A stretch of DNA of 60,175 bases from a virus. Taxonomy: Duplodnaviria; Caudoviricetes. Position 1 is the stretch's first letter. The number at the start of each line of letters is the position of its first letter. Below the pieces are notes generated by a model that was not told the origin of the DNA, searched no databases, and worked only from the letters and a program-made list of their open reading frames with translations. This document shows positions 13,801 through 21,336 of the stretch, piece after piece. Location of the stretch: the IMG/VR virus record IMGVR_UViG_3300030433_002650, positions 1 through 60,175 of that record, one strand, 5' to 3'. Position numbers and translations under genes: made by a program.

Positions 13801-16800
13801 ACCATCATGGTCTTCAGGGATGATACTATCTACTGATACACGAATCTTGTCACCTACTGCAACAGCACAAGCATTGTTTGCTGTTAGTGTAATGATTGTG
13901 TTTGTCGTACCACCGACGACATCAGAAACAACCGAAGATACCTTACCAAGATAATCAATGTCACTTCCCGATATATCATCAATGTACAACTCATCGTCTT
14001 TGCGTATATTCAATCCTATTGTATTTGATGATGCAAGCCTATCCGATGCAGTAGTAGTAATCTCAATTGTCGTAGTAGTATCGCTCGAAGCCGCTACAGC
14101 AACAGTCCATTGTTCAGATGTATCAGGAAGGAATGTCAATGCTGTACGCTCAACAGTAATTGCCGTAGAAGCGGATGCGGCTGAATGTAATGCACGACCG
14201 ACTCGCTTGAGTTTCAGTGTAGCGTTTTCAAGCCCAGTAAGTGACGTACTTGCTGATTGACAATATACAACGTTAGGTTGGTCTGTAACGCCACCCAAAT
14301 ACGAAGAAATTCTACCTAAGTATATGAGTTCATGAGTAGTTCCATCCGATAGTACAATTTCTGCAACGTACATCAAATCTCCTTCACTCACACTAAGCAC
14401 GTTGGAAGAATCCAGTGTGTATTCATTTAATTCAGGAAAAGTGCTTGCGTCTTCAAGTGTGATTGAGTACAATCCACTGCTGTTTGATACCGATTTTATG
14501 ATTGATTGTGCTACGCCCGACTGCACTCGTGGAGCATGAGGATTGACAAGTGGACCTGCTTTGATTTCAATTGCACTTACGTACTGTCGAAGACCATAGT
14601 CAAGATTACCGCCTTGTGTTTTGACGTTGGCATTGTCGTAATAGTACGGTGAACGTGCTTCATAATCAGAAGAAGGTGTTTCATTGTCAGATGCTATTGG
14701 AAGTAAATTTTCACTGCGGTAGCCCTGTGCAATAAAGAGAGCAGTTTGCGGCACTGCGCCTTCAAAGAAACCCTTAGCGTACGAACCTGATATGACACCA
14801 CTCGTTCCAGTTTCATGCTCATCAACACGAAGATAACCATCGCTACTGGGGTCATTACGGTACACACACCACATGCCGTTTGCCAAGAATGCACGTCGAT
14901 AACGAGGTAGTTTCTTCATGTTGCTATATTCAAACACCGATGTATCAACAGGCGGGAAAAGCGATGGATGCGACACATAAATTTTGTAGAATTTACCGCT
15001 TGAATCGTACTCTACTTTTGTAATTGTTGTAGAGGAAACGTAGTTTTGATTGTTGATGTTGTAGGAATAGGCTGATGATGCAGTACGGTCGGCTACCTGA
15101 ACATCGTCGGCACGTCGTCCAACAGGTGTAGGGTTCCAAGTGTGCGCTGTATACGTAGCATCAATGTGTATTTTCATGCTGTTGTCAGGTCCGGGGAATA
15201 CGTTTTCGTTCTCATGGTCAAAAAATTGCTGTGGGAAAAACGGTATCTCAACCATTGCACGAGTGCTTGAGTATTGTGAACCCAACTGATAATCATGCGT
15301 CACTCCGTCCATTGACTGGAATAAACGGTCATTGACTGTGCTACCGTCTTGAACAAGTGAATCATCGTTGAAATTATCATCGTTGTAAATAGATTCGGAA
15401 ATCGCTTCCGTAACACTGTTTCCTGAAGTAGCAGTACCTCTTAGTAAACCTGTTTCTTTGACCCAAGCGTAAAAACTTGGTACGGCAGTTCCGTCACTTG
15501 TTAAGAAACGGCCTTCACTCACAGCGTCAGCATCATTTTTGAAAACAAACCCAACCCCAGTTTTTGCTTCATAAAGCGCACTTGCACCATCAGCAAGATA
15601 GACTCGGCCAACCTTTGGAAAACAATACGTTCCCCATGAAACCAAATCGGGCGACTGATTGTTCAGTGGTCGAATTGTAATAGAATCGGTAACACCGCTT
15701 GTTGTGCTGTTTGTAGCAACAACTTCTGTTGCCTGTACAGCACACATTCGCCGTGTAGAGCCGGGTAGACGCATTAGCGGAGAAGGGTCGAAGGTGGGCT
15801 TGGTATTGACCGCCCCTTGACCGGGACCGCCAAGCGTGACAGTAACGACAGGCGCATTGGGTTCAATCTCTTTGACGACGTGAGAATCAGGCGAACCACT
15901 ACCAAGGACATTGACGTTTTGCGATAGTGCGCTTTCAGCAATGCCGTGAATAGTTACCTCGGTGGTATGCATATTACTGTCACCATCGACCTTTTCAGCA
16001 ATGCTACGAACTCGTCCACGAGTCATAAGTTCAAGCAATGTAAATTCTGATTGTTGTATACTTGTCATAGTATTCAACTTGTTCAATTGATTCGTGCGAT
16101 TTCGATTCGTAGGATGAATAAACAATCTTCCTTTATTTTCATCCAATGTAAGTGTATTGTCAATAACATCAAACATTTCAAAGGTATGACTTTTCAAAGT
16201 CATTGGTGAAATATCAAATTCCCCAGTGCTTGTTTTATCAGCGATTGGTTGTAATACACCATTTGTAACAGTATTGCTTTCCAAACCTGTGCTTGGATTC
16301 AATAAAATTTTATGATAAACGGATTCATGTACAGCGTTATTGTGTGATTTATTGACAACCTTCGGTGCTGATGCAGGGGTAGCAGTGGTATCGTTTACAG
16401 GAGTGTAATTGACAGGACAAGTAGAAAAATCAAGTTCGGCATCATTTTCCTCCCCGCCTGTGCTGTCGCCCAGTAATGAATGTGGATTTTGTAGTGCTGT
16501 GCTTAATGTAGTGTCCGTGGCAGTTACATCAATGTAGCCACCGGGTGAAAAGAGCACTGTGTTTGCAAGGTCACTGGTAATCACATCAATGACACGAGTA
16601 CCACTACCTAAGTCAAAAGACCCTGCTGGTACAGTTTTTTCAACCATGAGCATCGGACCACTAATCCCCATGCTTGCACCTGTCAGGTCAATTGCATTGT
16701 AGTGAATTTCGACAAACGGTGCAAGATTATGAGAGGACTGTAATGCAGGTACTTTGAGTAACGCAATGCGAGATTCTTTTTCAGGTCGTAAATGGTATAA

Positions 16801-18591
16801 TCGTGTATCAGCATCATCGTACAGTAAAGGGACGGGGCCTTTCAAGAAAAACGGTTGTGCATCAAACGTAGCACCACCGATAGCGATAAGTTCTTTCTTA
16901 CTTGCAGGTAAGCCATTATTGACTATAGATTGAACAGGGCTTGAATTGACAAAATCCAATACTTTACCAACAAAATTTCCAGTAAAAGTGTCTATTTTAC
17001 TGTTCATTGTAATAGCGTTACGAAGGTTAGATTGACTTGAATCGAAAGATAGCGATACTACATCAGCACTACCATCCATAAGTTGGTCTACACTCATTTC
17101 TGATGGTTTTGGTAATTTTCGCATGTACTCATGACCGACAATGTGCGACAACGCATGTCGCCCACTGTGTCCTACCTGAAACAGTTCATCAAGATGCGAA
17201 GGCCACGTAACGGCAAAAGGATTGTTTGTGTCTACACTGGATATTGCCATACGAGAAGAGTAGACTAAACCGTGGTTTTCATGCTCACTTTCGTCTAATA
17301 CCATTTGGCCTGTACGGTCAAAAATTTGCGAACCATAGTGCGGAGGTTGATACGGTCGTCCCGTCCCATTATCAATCAATAAGTCGGCATTGACAACAAC
17401 GAAGTAATTGTCCACGTCAGCCGTTCTTGAGTGAAGCAAACCTCGTAACCCATTCGTACCATTTACAAAATCAACGTGTATGCTTGATATGGTGATTGTA
17501 CCGTTGCTTCCGTCAATTGAATGTAATCGTACTCGTTCAGGCGGTTTTTGATTAGGCTTGAATGTGTTTTGATTGATAGCCCCTGCGTTAATGAGCAGGT
17601 TGTAGGGCGTGTGTGCTACAGAAAGTGTCGTTGGAGATGCAGGTGTGGTATACAAATCATTGACTTTGTACTTACCCATGCTGTATGGTGATACAGTAAA
17701 ATCGGTAACTGGGCTACTGTTATCATATGCTTTACCTGTTAGTTTAGCAATTAAACTTTGAGCGTCGGCTGTTGCAATTGTAAACGTCGTCGTGCTTCCA
17801 TCAGTTGCGGCTGTCACCGCATTCATCGTGTAGATTGTTTCAACAATATCAAGCGGTTCTTCAAACCTGTACATACCCGTTGTAGCATCTGTCATTGTAG
17901 GCATTTCAGGTGCAAAAACGTTTACACCCGCACTATCTGAAAAATGCAATGCTTCTATTGCTCCACGAAATTGTCCTCCCTTACCACCGACGTAAATGTG
18001 ACCATCCACAGGTTTTGGACGAAACGATTCTGGAAATTCTTCAAACGCTATACGTTCACCATTAACATGCATCTCCATAAGATTGTTCTTGTACGAACAG
18101 ACAACATGATACAACGGTCGATGCTTAAAATTCAAACTGGTGGCTTCACCATATGTACTCGTGTCGAAACGGTTGTACGTATCGTGTATACCGCCAAATT
18201 CCTGTGAAGGGAATACAATACCGTCGTATCGTGTTGCAGTTTCAGTTGCACTTTTGATGAACATGCTTTTGTCACCTGAAGGTGTCTGCATCATTAACTC
18301 AAATATCGCTGGACCCGCAGTATCTACAGTACCAAGAGTAATGCGAAATTGATTTTCTCGCTCGACAACTATTCCACCACAATCGGGTATAACCCATGCT
18401 TCGATTACAAAATCGGAAAATTCAGTTGCGGCTATTGAACTTTCAAGTTCTTGCTCACCCAGTGTTGTAATAGGAGTTTTTACACTACCACGATGTACAC
18501 CTGTGCTTGCAAAACGACTTTGAGGGATAACAATTGAATCAGACACACCATCGAAAAAGAAAGCATGACTTGTTCTTCCAATTGCGACCAT
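1870..18591 (-). CDS. Giant (5573 aa) virion structural protein with N-terminal LamG/concanavalin-like domain; probable tail tip/adhesin
   Basis: Uninterrupted 16.7-kb ORF. N-terminal FFFDGVSDSI...FVIEAWV...HVNGE...IYVGG...FRGAIEALHFS is a LamG signature. G/S/T-rich beta composition; lies downstream of tail genes. Confidence 0.75.
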   Translation of the reverse strand: MVAIGRTSHAFFFDGVSDSIVIPQSRFASTGVHRGSVKTPITTLGEQELESSIAATEFSDFVIEAWVIPDCGGIVVERENQFRITLGTVDTAGPAIFELMMQTPSGDKSMFIKSATETATRYDGIVFPSQEFGGIHDTYNRFDTSTYGEATSLNFKHRPLYHVVCSYKNNLMEMHVNGERIAFEEFPESFRPKPVDGHIYVGGKGGQFRGAIEALHFSDSAGVNVFAPEMPTMTDATTGMYRFEEPLDIVETIYTMNAVTAATDGSTTTFTIATADAQSLIAKLTGKAYDNSSPVTDFTVSPYSMGKYKVNDLYTTPASPTTLSVAHTPYNLLINAGAINQNTFKPNQKPPERVRLHSIDGSNGTITISSIHVDFVNGTNGLRGLLHSRTADVDNYFVVVNADLLIDNGTGRPYQPPHYGSQIFDRTGQMVLDESEHENHGLVYSSRMAISSVDTNNPFAVTWPSHLDELFQVGHSGRHALSHIVGHEYMRKLPKPSEMSVDQLMDGSADVVSLSFDSSQSNLRNAITMNSKIDTFTGNFVGKVLDFVNSSPVQSIVNNGLPASKKELIAIGGATFDAQPFFLKGPVPLLYDDADTRLYHLRPEKESRIALLKVPALQSSHNLAPFVEIHYNAIDLTGASMGISGPMLMVEKTVPAGSFDLGSGTRVIDVITSDLANTVLFSPGGYIDVTATDTTLSTALQNPHSLLGDSTGGEENDAELDFSTCPVNYTPVNDTTATPASAPKVVNKSHNNAVHESVYHKILLNPSTGLESNTVTNGVLQPIADKTSTGEFDISPMTLKSHTFEMFDVIDNTLTLDENKGRLFIHPTNRNRTNQLNKLNTMTSIQQSEFTLLELMTRGRVRSIAEKVDGDSNMHTTEVTIHGIAESALSQNVNVLGSGSPDSHVVKEIEPNAPVVTVTLGGPGQGAVNTKPTFDPSPLMRLPGSTRRMCAVQATEVVATNSTTSGVTDSITIRPLNNQSPDLVSWGTYCFPKVGRVYLADGASALYEAKTGVGFVFKNDADAVSEGRFLTSDGTAVPSFYAWVKETGLLRGTATSGNSVTEAISESIYNDDNFNDDSLVQDGSTVNDRLFQSMDGVTHDYQLGSQYSSTRAMVEIPFFPQQFFDHENENVFPGPDNSMKIHIDATYTAHTWNPTPVGRRADDVQVADRTASSAYSYNINNQNYVSSTTITKVEYDSSGKFYKIYVSHPSLFPPVDTSVFEYSNMKKLPRYRRAFLANGMWCVYRNDPSSDGYLRVDEHETGTSGVISGSYAKGFFEGAVPQTALFIAQGYRSENLLPIASDNETPSSDYEARSPYYYDNANVKTQGGNLDYGLRQYVSAIEIKAGPLVNPHAPRVQSGVAQSIIKSVSNSSGLYSITLEDASTFPELNEYTLDSSNVLSVSEGDLMYVAEIVLSDGTTHELIYLGRISSYLGGVTDQPNVVYCQSASTSLTGLENATLKLKRVGRALHSAASASTAITVERTALTFLPDTSEQWTVAVAASSDTTTTIEITTTASDRLASSNTIGLNIRKDDELYIDDISGSDIDYLGKVSSVVSDVVGGTTNTIITLTANNACAVAVGDKIRVSVDSIIPEDHDGILNATWLNPFAAGGMRNGDTVWMNMTMNNPHAVEGLFCKSRGVYNEHLVWKGFNGGRGSLASRPRDSIPLENFLIGNTCLETAQNLAQHINKTIELNYESLLGSSYTDVPRVAYVDPYLATEGHARVLLYDVAHDREFIAFHDLHMQVQSSAATPNIGFGRDIVHAGGVAKLDRFLVSHNGGAPHYFTTQIDVANGFPSENKYLRSTQQSKFIESAYAHDIANSDANFLIEDPTTRGNNKQLMGKGHGHFVHSGLMYGYNSNIYAVSDNALPRVEPAVASTYWANEKHKISRLPSRDRFVEALKLHRLSKDPSLYSFRDASTLFDTPDGTRCISAFLGLKGIRSTTLDLTSHEEDRLEHLPHWTEMDFVRRMVIDCGEVGVKEGVTDIEAATREIVRLINQGGAKNGRTHARRPSQQYPGESESLDLTRIGVRQDVTSDAKDPSSAHINADFAATGSTYDPAPWWFVEEAFDTHDRGSHMGYVRAHIGRVVEDMNGNEGFSIVIHSTVPGASGRNFCVWLDNSKGQSNYKPQFLIGHGGRFRNFWCQPDETLGENMHPAPMPLNKHGRPFAPVTTLREYVLQEEPDEPFTNNHDVGNRKSNTASENRNVSARIGGINHNTVSDESFEVQGLSTNLVEGLRAGKQAIGRINFGGLVASGVPGFAPDAGKHGFGRRGDERFDYKYGEAIKFGDNDPTAIASYTAHVNPNETTEDAIGDTPLYGFRFTDHRGRGYGVRYVYRKFGQAFSDENTTLPSTLEDEVIIHINDDDVSMGGFTLGGHMLGWGDPTGRLDVSGLQLSKWRGNRWRGMYAPDAGVDAEVTWDGTANTLTVVFEAPFNTSASSSPLANHPDLLGYLGYPHSNGVIHLHDPFTGTTADGFVGNALSYESRTVDDITGTHIFYGVRGESFVSSHYVSSGTVIDATRTQPHASDNTMRVLLSSRINWTTLVTDEVLAYATNVAINHPNPNQEDGIAVDVRHLYACDGRTLGEWGVAEDAIIVRSHNPQRGATPISRMFSSKLHTDYAIQAAHLEYGEYETLAKDATGIYEFSTSSDAVHQPISDALLDKNRQIDAGYLPRTVLQIRTKGRGYHANTPTPILVDSFNDPVPVDAWRKNLKGITFTSTSGDHILPALNNEMLLFNHYQHSQKYFYHTTTDNGITHALVPSGQEATSIDTFDKEHSFGEQKRFYFTDKQYALLTSVQNLFSLQRVEWGRDDFANQDWVDHFTANFSNEDHILMRFGNQKIGGRRSFGAVDAEPIVYFRGAKDSNDHSVPLYFGGGFSGVVLDINDGTENDYSSFYTHPYSNGPTGTAGIQNANEISTSFAIVDCNALLAFFPATPLLNQHRGSLSHPVANRNNVLSPDLAGGAHAAHVNTPAHVQARYTAGIVQQKPSPLVLRVANPNARYKDTDVGETHTTYIIFGPGQAFPFTEMTTVDSDEQPHPGYVVTTGNSWSKVPANKNLPNEIKNSDDKYGPPSSTYQSARQVFHWNTTWNWSPAQGVPNIGTTTGAGLIQRPEHGSHYGEHFTNSVRVTTSNIEDYRKAHPYKFVGAMYYGIAMGADLCFHMDGGYHPGGSWMDNQLSFNPPHDISDYKVKIGHNDVHPTAFRVSGKLANNFVTGVTSENVASLYEDEFIVVDATRCQNGEELATILGQSINEFPGSSAIKAMGGTFAPSMGNAMRQDRYGWVEMSFDSYTIDGTAASITSSKTILKASISGASQATLEQIPACGWLRTPDGGTTNVGSGDIPTFAPYHSREVVYDSGSSSYKVHFLLAPNRSSSLPLMESLRTYDDVARSAYSAGTSHPDYSGGNPTAVYVWSKAGVHRFNNENDSTRDHMTQVHFSGVVDAIDRTRPVGAVGWAGERYSYLNSLKVGSEQYGAGLGAWHPMLGFSPYGSSNSCMTTFGHLAHSNPIQFSPEASQRINNQSNAETVITTPYTWKYSLASSNAYYTGYTFDSAEDTNLGASPVTYRDIDDDTFALPRNLHMPQGVYSRAFVVISYESEMALVAKHDRDGIKATGDWLSVSSKVNVDSVTPATAITFAGTTRWDERIHNPERFTAPANAGPNIEALIASGFAHTTDTYPSAYNFGAPLADDSTLFNAEPCFNETGDLFYDLDESPGSFRLETITGVERNLRRKYITSTTDSSITSRYSTGRKFWEGDLNAFQLAEHSPVKNFSVENVVWKRMDGGNLSLPAVNARGLGAVPFITRVSGGSAYTTGEKLFGNCRFSFETTNSAMYPIIQAQELSHPQIAARHPDELRNVLEIPNEELQFLAMTVVDDTGQEHSIEGGSPFGTIIRSFKQISDRTAEGLAPSEAGSGVEPNLKIQLPDADAIPGNIIVRSGFDRLQAYQNETMGTGGMLRPNIETGIEGIFTDATDGPRLGPTFSDHEYDHISQNSVGEAFPDMTRKGWKSATNNAPLKTSYELHDRALFFHITKNGNSHTHRYPTFYTHANGITNNALTASSYSGTTLTVNTTINTTLYRDAYGDSQKDDGGTRRFLRIYNDATGESGVASFTGISTNTFTGCVGDSAFDAIVAKSSITSFSVVPSYYVPAGSNRFFAARRIRDHAEVSGNSPDMAHSMYVTGHGGPNVLCYDAYKKARLTPMAIPRMGHHFVNATQAMLPGHWAHPAYQGLYFKHRADRSATQKNLEQDLIQSTALDTDRSNLPADTQRKLPVYDPMITFGAMTATPSGPSDIHGGGFTLMFETKVKYDGYGVLASKGQAGVVNSKGGHTIVLEAGATYTLKHHFPDPSEVGAYQIIIQPNVHKSQFYGYHENGSATGLPDGSVNELTGQQVALVIGIREPDSATGGLGLVLAEATMADVRGCEVFINEVMLDHDPDYGGQLANIPPLLLYNALGVQGTEAPAFTRRSLPYHPGMFVDATPGFTTNIPWWSIVHKISPEDSSAVGFRHLTWHRIDNYYEFLRAGAGSIACQLTLAGYPSNYPDFYSTILENISLSPVAVVKSVSSTLITVDDARGFPKVPYYGMKLEYTDADGIRRTHTYTERSGNDATYMNKPYRFTITASSNFTSNLTVGTKIRLTRAYDFRPAGKLMKESKSSIFTRMLPQLLQGSRDTNSLHMADAYLCLWNPNLGRPHTFYSDASRTWLSPTGDRAVNRKPLNSLPEHYETIHYHDATYYNSLGPFTFAIKTPRPIQPVTKLPSGDRTIVSTFGQTITTALSPPLVSGAVIQIEDETFIVVSPGDNGTVINVNKTTTHLTNGSTIYVYGDGEPVSASALHSDYTAQGGTDVMLNHYWPCGSRGGPLTSRLDGYGYVSTAWDYPQDYTSDGPVWEDQDDDGSYTVSSGITKTSYDSITDPTRPRPFGYRFGLRQPYNKPQWAMYGARAYREADITASNTIAGYQHGPLVQQETQTWTYAGGSSLANETYPNTYVGIMERQTNFSAMLGVDKPEWRVRYSNGMRMTRAFGCPVRVLRNASTVIRDWWGDPLGKNISKVDEAVKYYLVDWWGNTRGEDVRRYPVRGFGIRPAWDCSDVYEYDRANDLTPYERLWNGGNPLVNLKTLVDFTSSDLTATDVNFPRMAGRLNNVNNNDTANPVDVFFPTNPHRVGDMGNGRGVRYPTMFNEDVLTDLDEPYHATGVVLSHHTAEPNTSDGYVRPRNDVLQPNEVLRGISARLGVDENGLLKPEAVASDRVEDFTGDTPHKDAISRSSPRIGIDSENIEGVDDNLIAINTEAHSLHTDRNVGQRVVMEGGLTAGSQTLADYDLTGLTFAGQPQGGAMRLTHTSNFNPMGGTYLAETRNFLAPISDKDWGGISGSNKTSNPYETNVHVSTSQTNMTDKKVTFMLRPVRLLDKQHVEMFRPNNNLHSSSPQYGANYFSATAGGKYGIYMYEVENGRASSGYYIRSTNPDTNPPYAPLYVMDISANESVPVSKGPKLLGIGEASFDSSKLNNAVTRIVISENTLQHYRADAARRRSRIDSDETTKRMDFSVVPRFSQALHPKGHKGDVTYNTSDHTGDGA

Positions 18592-18599
18592 AACAACAC

Positions 18600-19772
18600 C
18601 TACAAAATCATGTTTGTTGCGACCAAAAGAATAGTGAATGAATAGACGTTTGGTTCACCACCAACTTGTACAAACGTTGCTTTATCAACAGCAACTTTCA
18701 TTCCAGTAAACGTTACTCCACCATCAGTAACATCAAAATCAGTTCCGGCTGTGCGACCAAACTTTGCAAAATCTGTATTCTTGTTAGCAAATGTACCTGT
18801 ACCAAATCCAGCAGTTGAATACATTACTCTCGATAAATGTTTTTCACCAGTTGGAACATCAATAGAAGAAAGATAGGGTAATTGTAGACCTATAATGTAG
18901 TGAGAATTTGAATGGTTACTGTCTTTCCACCTGTTTTGAGAATTTGAAAGAATAGCATAGAGTTGTTGTACAATATCACCTGCACTCAAATTTGCTGTAG
19001 AGGTGGCTTCGATTCCTTTATTCATCGTTGTCATTCGTGGTTCAGAACCTACCATTGTTGCGTGAGGGTAATACATGTCGTTTGTGTATGAAGAACCAGT
19101 GGGTACATTTGTGAACGTAATTTCAACAGCCATGTTTGCACCATTTCTACCACTGATGATTTGTGAGTTTAGTGTTGGAATCTCATTCGTGATTAGGTTG
19201 TGTAAACCCGTTGCCATTTCAGCCGCAGTTTTTGCCGAAGTACCGTTGTGATAAGACAGTATATACTCATCAGATGACGAAGTGGTATCATACCCTGCGG
19301 CGGCATTATTTACACCGAAAAATACTGTAAAAATATTCTTTTCACCTGCCGTTACTGTGCCTCTCCAAAACTGTATGCGATTGTAATCAGCAAAAGCATC
19401 GTTATTCAATACACTTGCATCTAAATTATTATATGTTCCTTGTGAGGCTGAAAAAGGCACTATTGAAGAAACAAATTGTGTAGAATGATTCAAATTTGTA
19501 GAAGCGGCTATAGAACTAAAATCAATGATAGCACTCGCCGCTTGACCTGTCGATGACAGTACAGCGTCACCGTCTGTTATTACGCCCTCAAGCGTAATGA
19601 CGCTGTTGGTAAGATTCAAGTCAGCAGTGACCCTCGTAGAACCCGAAGCGGGAACAGGTATTGCCATAACCTTCCTATCTATGTCAATCGACACACTGGT
19701 ACAAGCCAACTCATAGAACCGCCCGTTTTGACTTATCAGGCGCACAGGTGTGGTAGAGTGTCCACTGCTCAT
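18600..19772 (-). CDS. Tail protein (distal tail/hub-like) following the tape measure gene
   Basis: Position immediately after the TMP. Beta-rich N- and C-terminal segments (ITLEGVI ... VYSFTILL) flank a S/T-rich insertion. Confidence 0.5.
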   Translation of the reverse strand: MSSGHSTTPVRLISQNGRFYELACTSVSIDIDRKVMAIPVPASGSTRVTADLNLTNSVITLEGVITDGDAVLSSTGQAASAIIDFSSIAASTNLNHSTQFVSSIVPFSASQGTYNNLDASVLNNDAFADYNRIQFWRGTVTAGEKNIFTVFFGVNNAAAGYDTTSSSDEYILSYHNGTSAKTAAEMATGLHNLITNEIPTLNSQIISGRNGANMAVEITFTNVPTGSSYTNDMYYPHATMVGSEPRMTTMNKGIEATSTANLSAGDIVQQLYAILSNSQNRWKDSNHSNSHYIIGLQLPYLSSIDVPTGEKHLSRVMYSTAGFGTGTFANKNTDFAKFGRTAGTDFDVTDGGVTFTGMKVAVDKATFVQVGGEPNVYSFTILLVATNMIL

Positions 19773-21016
19773 CCGTATCGACCTCGCATGGTTGTACCGC
19801 CAATACTACGTGACATTTCTTGTTGAATCATGTTACCAATCTCTCGTGCCAGTTGTCGCTTATCGGTGCGGTCGGTGATGCCACTGGCATTTACATTGAT
19901 GTTGAAAGTAGAACCGCCTCCGCCCAAGTTTGTACCCGCTACAATGGTGTCCTTATCGTTGAACGCAAACGTACCTTCGGGCCCACTAAGGACTCGACTG
20001 TATCCTACTGGTCCCATGACTGCATCATCAAATAATGAAGTTATACCACCAGTAATACCGCCGATAATACCGCCACCACCACTTGCACCACTTAACGCTC
20101 CCCCGCCCATATCTTTGAGCATATTGAAAGGTTCCATAAAAATTCCAATAAGGTCTTGTGCTAAACGCATAGCCCCTGCTTTAATTTGTTGAAAGGCATA
20201 ATCAATATTATCACGTATTTGCCCTGAAGCGTTTTTCCAAAATTCGTCTTTCGACCACTCAGGTTCATCGCTCGATGTAATCAACTCATCCCAATCAGCC
20301 GCTAATTTATCAGCACCCGCTTTACCTTCTGTAGCAATAGTATTGCTCAATGTTTGCCAAAGTTCATCTGTCATCCAATCAGGTTTGGTTCCCAATTCAA
20401 GGAAGTCTTCCCATTGTTGGTCAGCCATACCCGCCGAAGTGTCTTGTAGACGTTGCCAAGATTCTTCATCCATCCAATCAGGTTTTTCTTCCAAGTTGTA
20501 ATACGAATACCATTCTTGTTTTGCGGCATCTTTTCCTTTTTTCCCAAGTTCTTCCCAAAGTTCGTTGGTCATCCAATCAGGCTTTTCACCTTGTAAATTC
20601 AACATGCCGTCCCAATCTTGAGCCGCCATAACAGAAGCCTCTTCCTGTAACTTTTGCCACAGGTCAGGGGTCATCCAATCAGGCTTTTCTTCCAAGTCCA
20701 ACATTTGGTCCCATTCTTTGTTGAAAGCGGCAAGAACTGCCTCTTCAAGAATTTGAGCCTCATTGATGGCAGGTTTGAACATACCAGTTAGCATATCCCC
20801 TACAGTGCCTATTGGGTCTGTAACAGCGTCAAAAACAGCCTTGAATGTATCTCCGATACTTTGTATTCCATTCAGAACAGGGTCAAGAAACGTACTTTTG
20901 AACCAATTCCATATATCGCTAATGGTGTTTTTAATCACTTGACCTGCCATCTCAAAAGCCGGTCCAATCGCTCTTGCGGCATTGGACATTGAAACAAGTG
21001 TTGCAAGTGCTGTCAT
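19769..21016 (-). CDS. Tape-measure-like protein (short) with W-rich ~33-aa repeats
   Basis: Follows the frameshifted chaperone pair. Helical, with a TMP-like C-terminus (GGGSTFNINVNASG...LAREIGNMIQQEM). Start moved to the ATG at 21016 behind a GAGGGA SD. Confidence 0.65.
   Translation of the reverse strand: MTALATLVSMSNAARAIGPAFEMAGQVIKNTISDIWNWFKSTFLDPVLNGIQSIGDTFKAVFDAVTDPIGTVGDMLTGMFKPAINEAQILEEAVLAAFNKEWDQMLDLEEKPDWMTPDLWQKLQEEASVMAAQDWDGMLNLQGEKPDWMTNELWEELGKKGKDAAKQEWYSYYNLEEKPDWMDEESWQRLQDTSAGMADQQWEDFLELGTKPDWMTDELWQTLSNTIATEGKAGADKLAADWDELITSSDEPEWSKDEFWKNASGQIRDNIDYAFQQIKAGAMRLAQDLIGIFMEPFNMLKDMGGGALSGASGGGGIIGGITGGITSLFDDAVMGPVGYSRVLSGPEGTFAFNDKDTIVAGTNLGGGGSTFNINVNASGITDRTDKRQLAREIGNMIQQEMSRSIGGTTMRGRYG
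20230..20730 (-). repeat. Coding tandem repeat, 4-5 units of EKPDWMTxELW...W (33-40 aa)
   Basis: TCATCCAATCAGG (one copy with a single mismatch) recurs near 20370, 20470, 20570 and 20670 with ~100-nt spacing. Confidence 0.85.
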
Positions 21017-21024
21017 ACTATCCC

Positions 21025-21297
21025 TCAATCAAAATCTTCCGGAAAGTTGTAATCCAGTTTCACTATCTCCCTGTCACCGACTTTAGCCCTTAGTCGTTGT
21101 TCCTCTCTTCTTTCCTCTTCCCTTTTATTCTGTCGCTCTTTGATAACCATAGCCCATGTAAGTGATTGTTGGAAGAGTGGTCGTGGCATGGCGTATACTT
21201 CGGCAAGGGATATGTTGTAATGTGTCGCTATGATGTACGCCCATTGTTGTATCTGTAAGTTGTAGTCGTTGGGTTCCTCGTACTGCTCTTTCTCCAT
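21025..21297 (-). CDS. Tail assembly chaperone, C-terminal (lambda gpT-like) part reached by -1 frameshift
   Basis: The -1 frame from the slippery site at 21330-21336 is open and in frame with this ORF. It sits just before the TMP gene. Confidence 0.7.
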   Translation of the reverse strand: MEKEQYEEPNDYNLQIQQWAYIIATHYNISLAEVYAMPRPLFQQSLTWAMVIKERQNKREEERREEQRLRAKVGDREIVKLDYNFPEDFD

Positions 21298-21303
21298 AAA
21301 TTG

Positions 21304-21336
21304 CGTGACCGCTACTCGGTCACGTTGGTAAAATTT
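21304..21336 (-). other. Programmed -1 ribosomal frameshift signal: A AAU UUU slippery heptamer, 5-nt spacer, 8-bp hairpin
   Basis: The minus strand reads GGA AAT TTT ACCAA CGTGACCG AGTAG CGGTCACG, i.e. an X XXY YYZ heptamer in the correct phase followed by a perfect inverted repeat. Confidence 0.85.
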
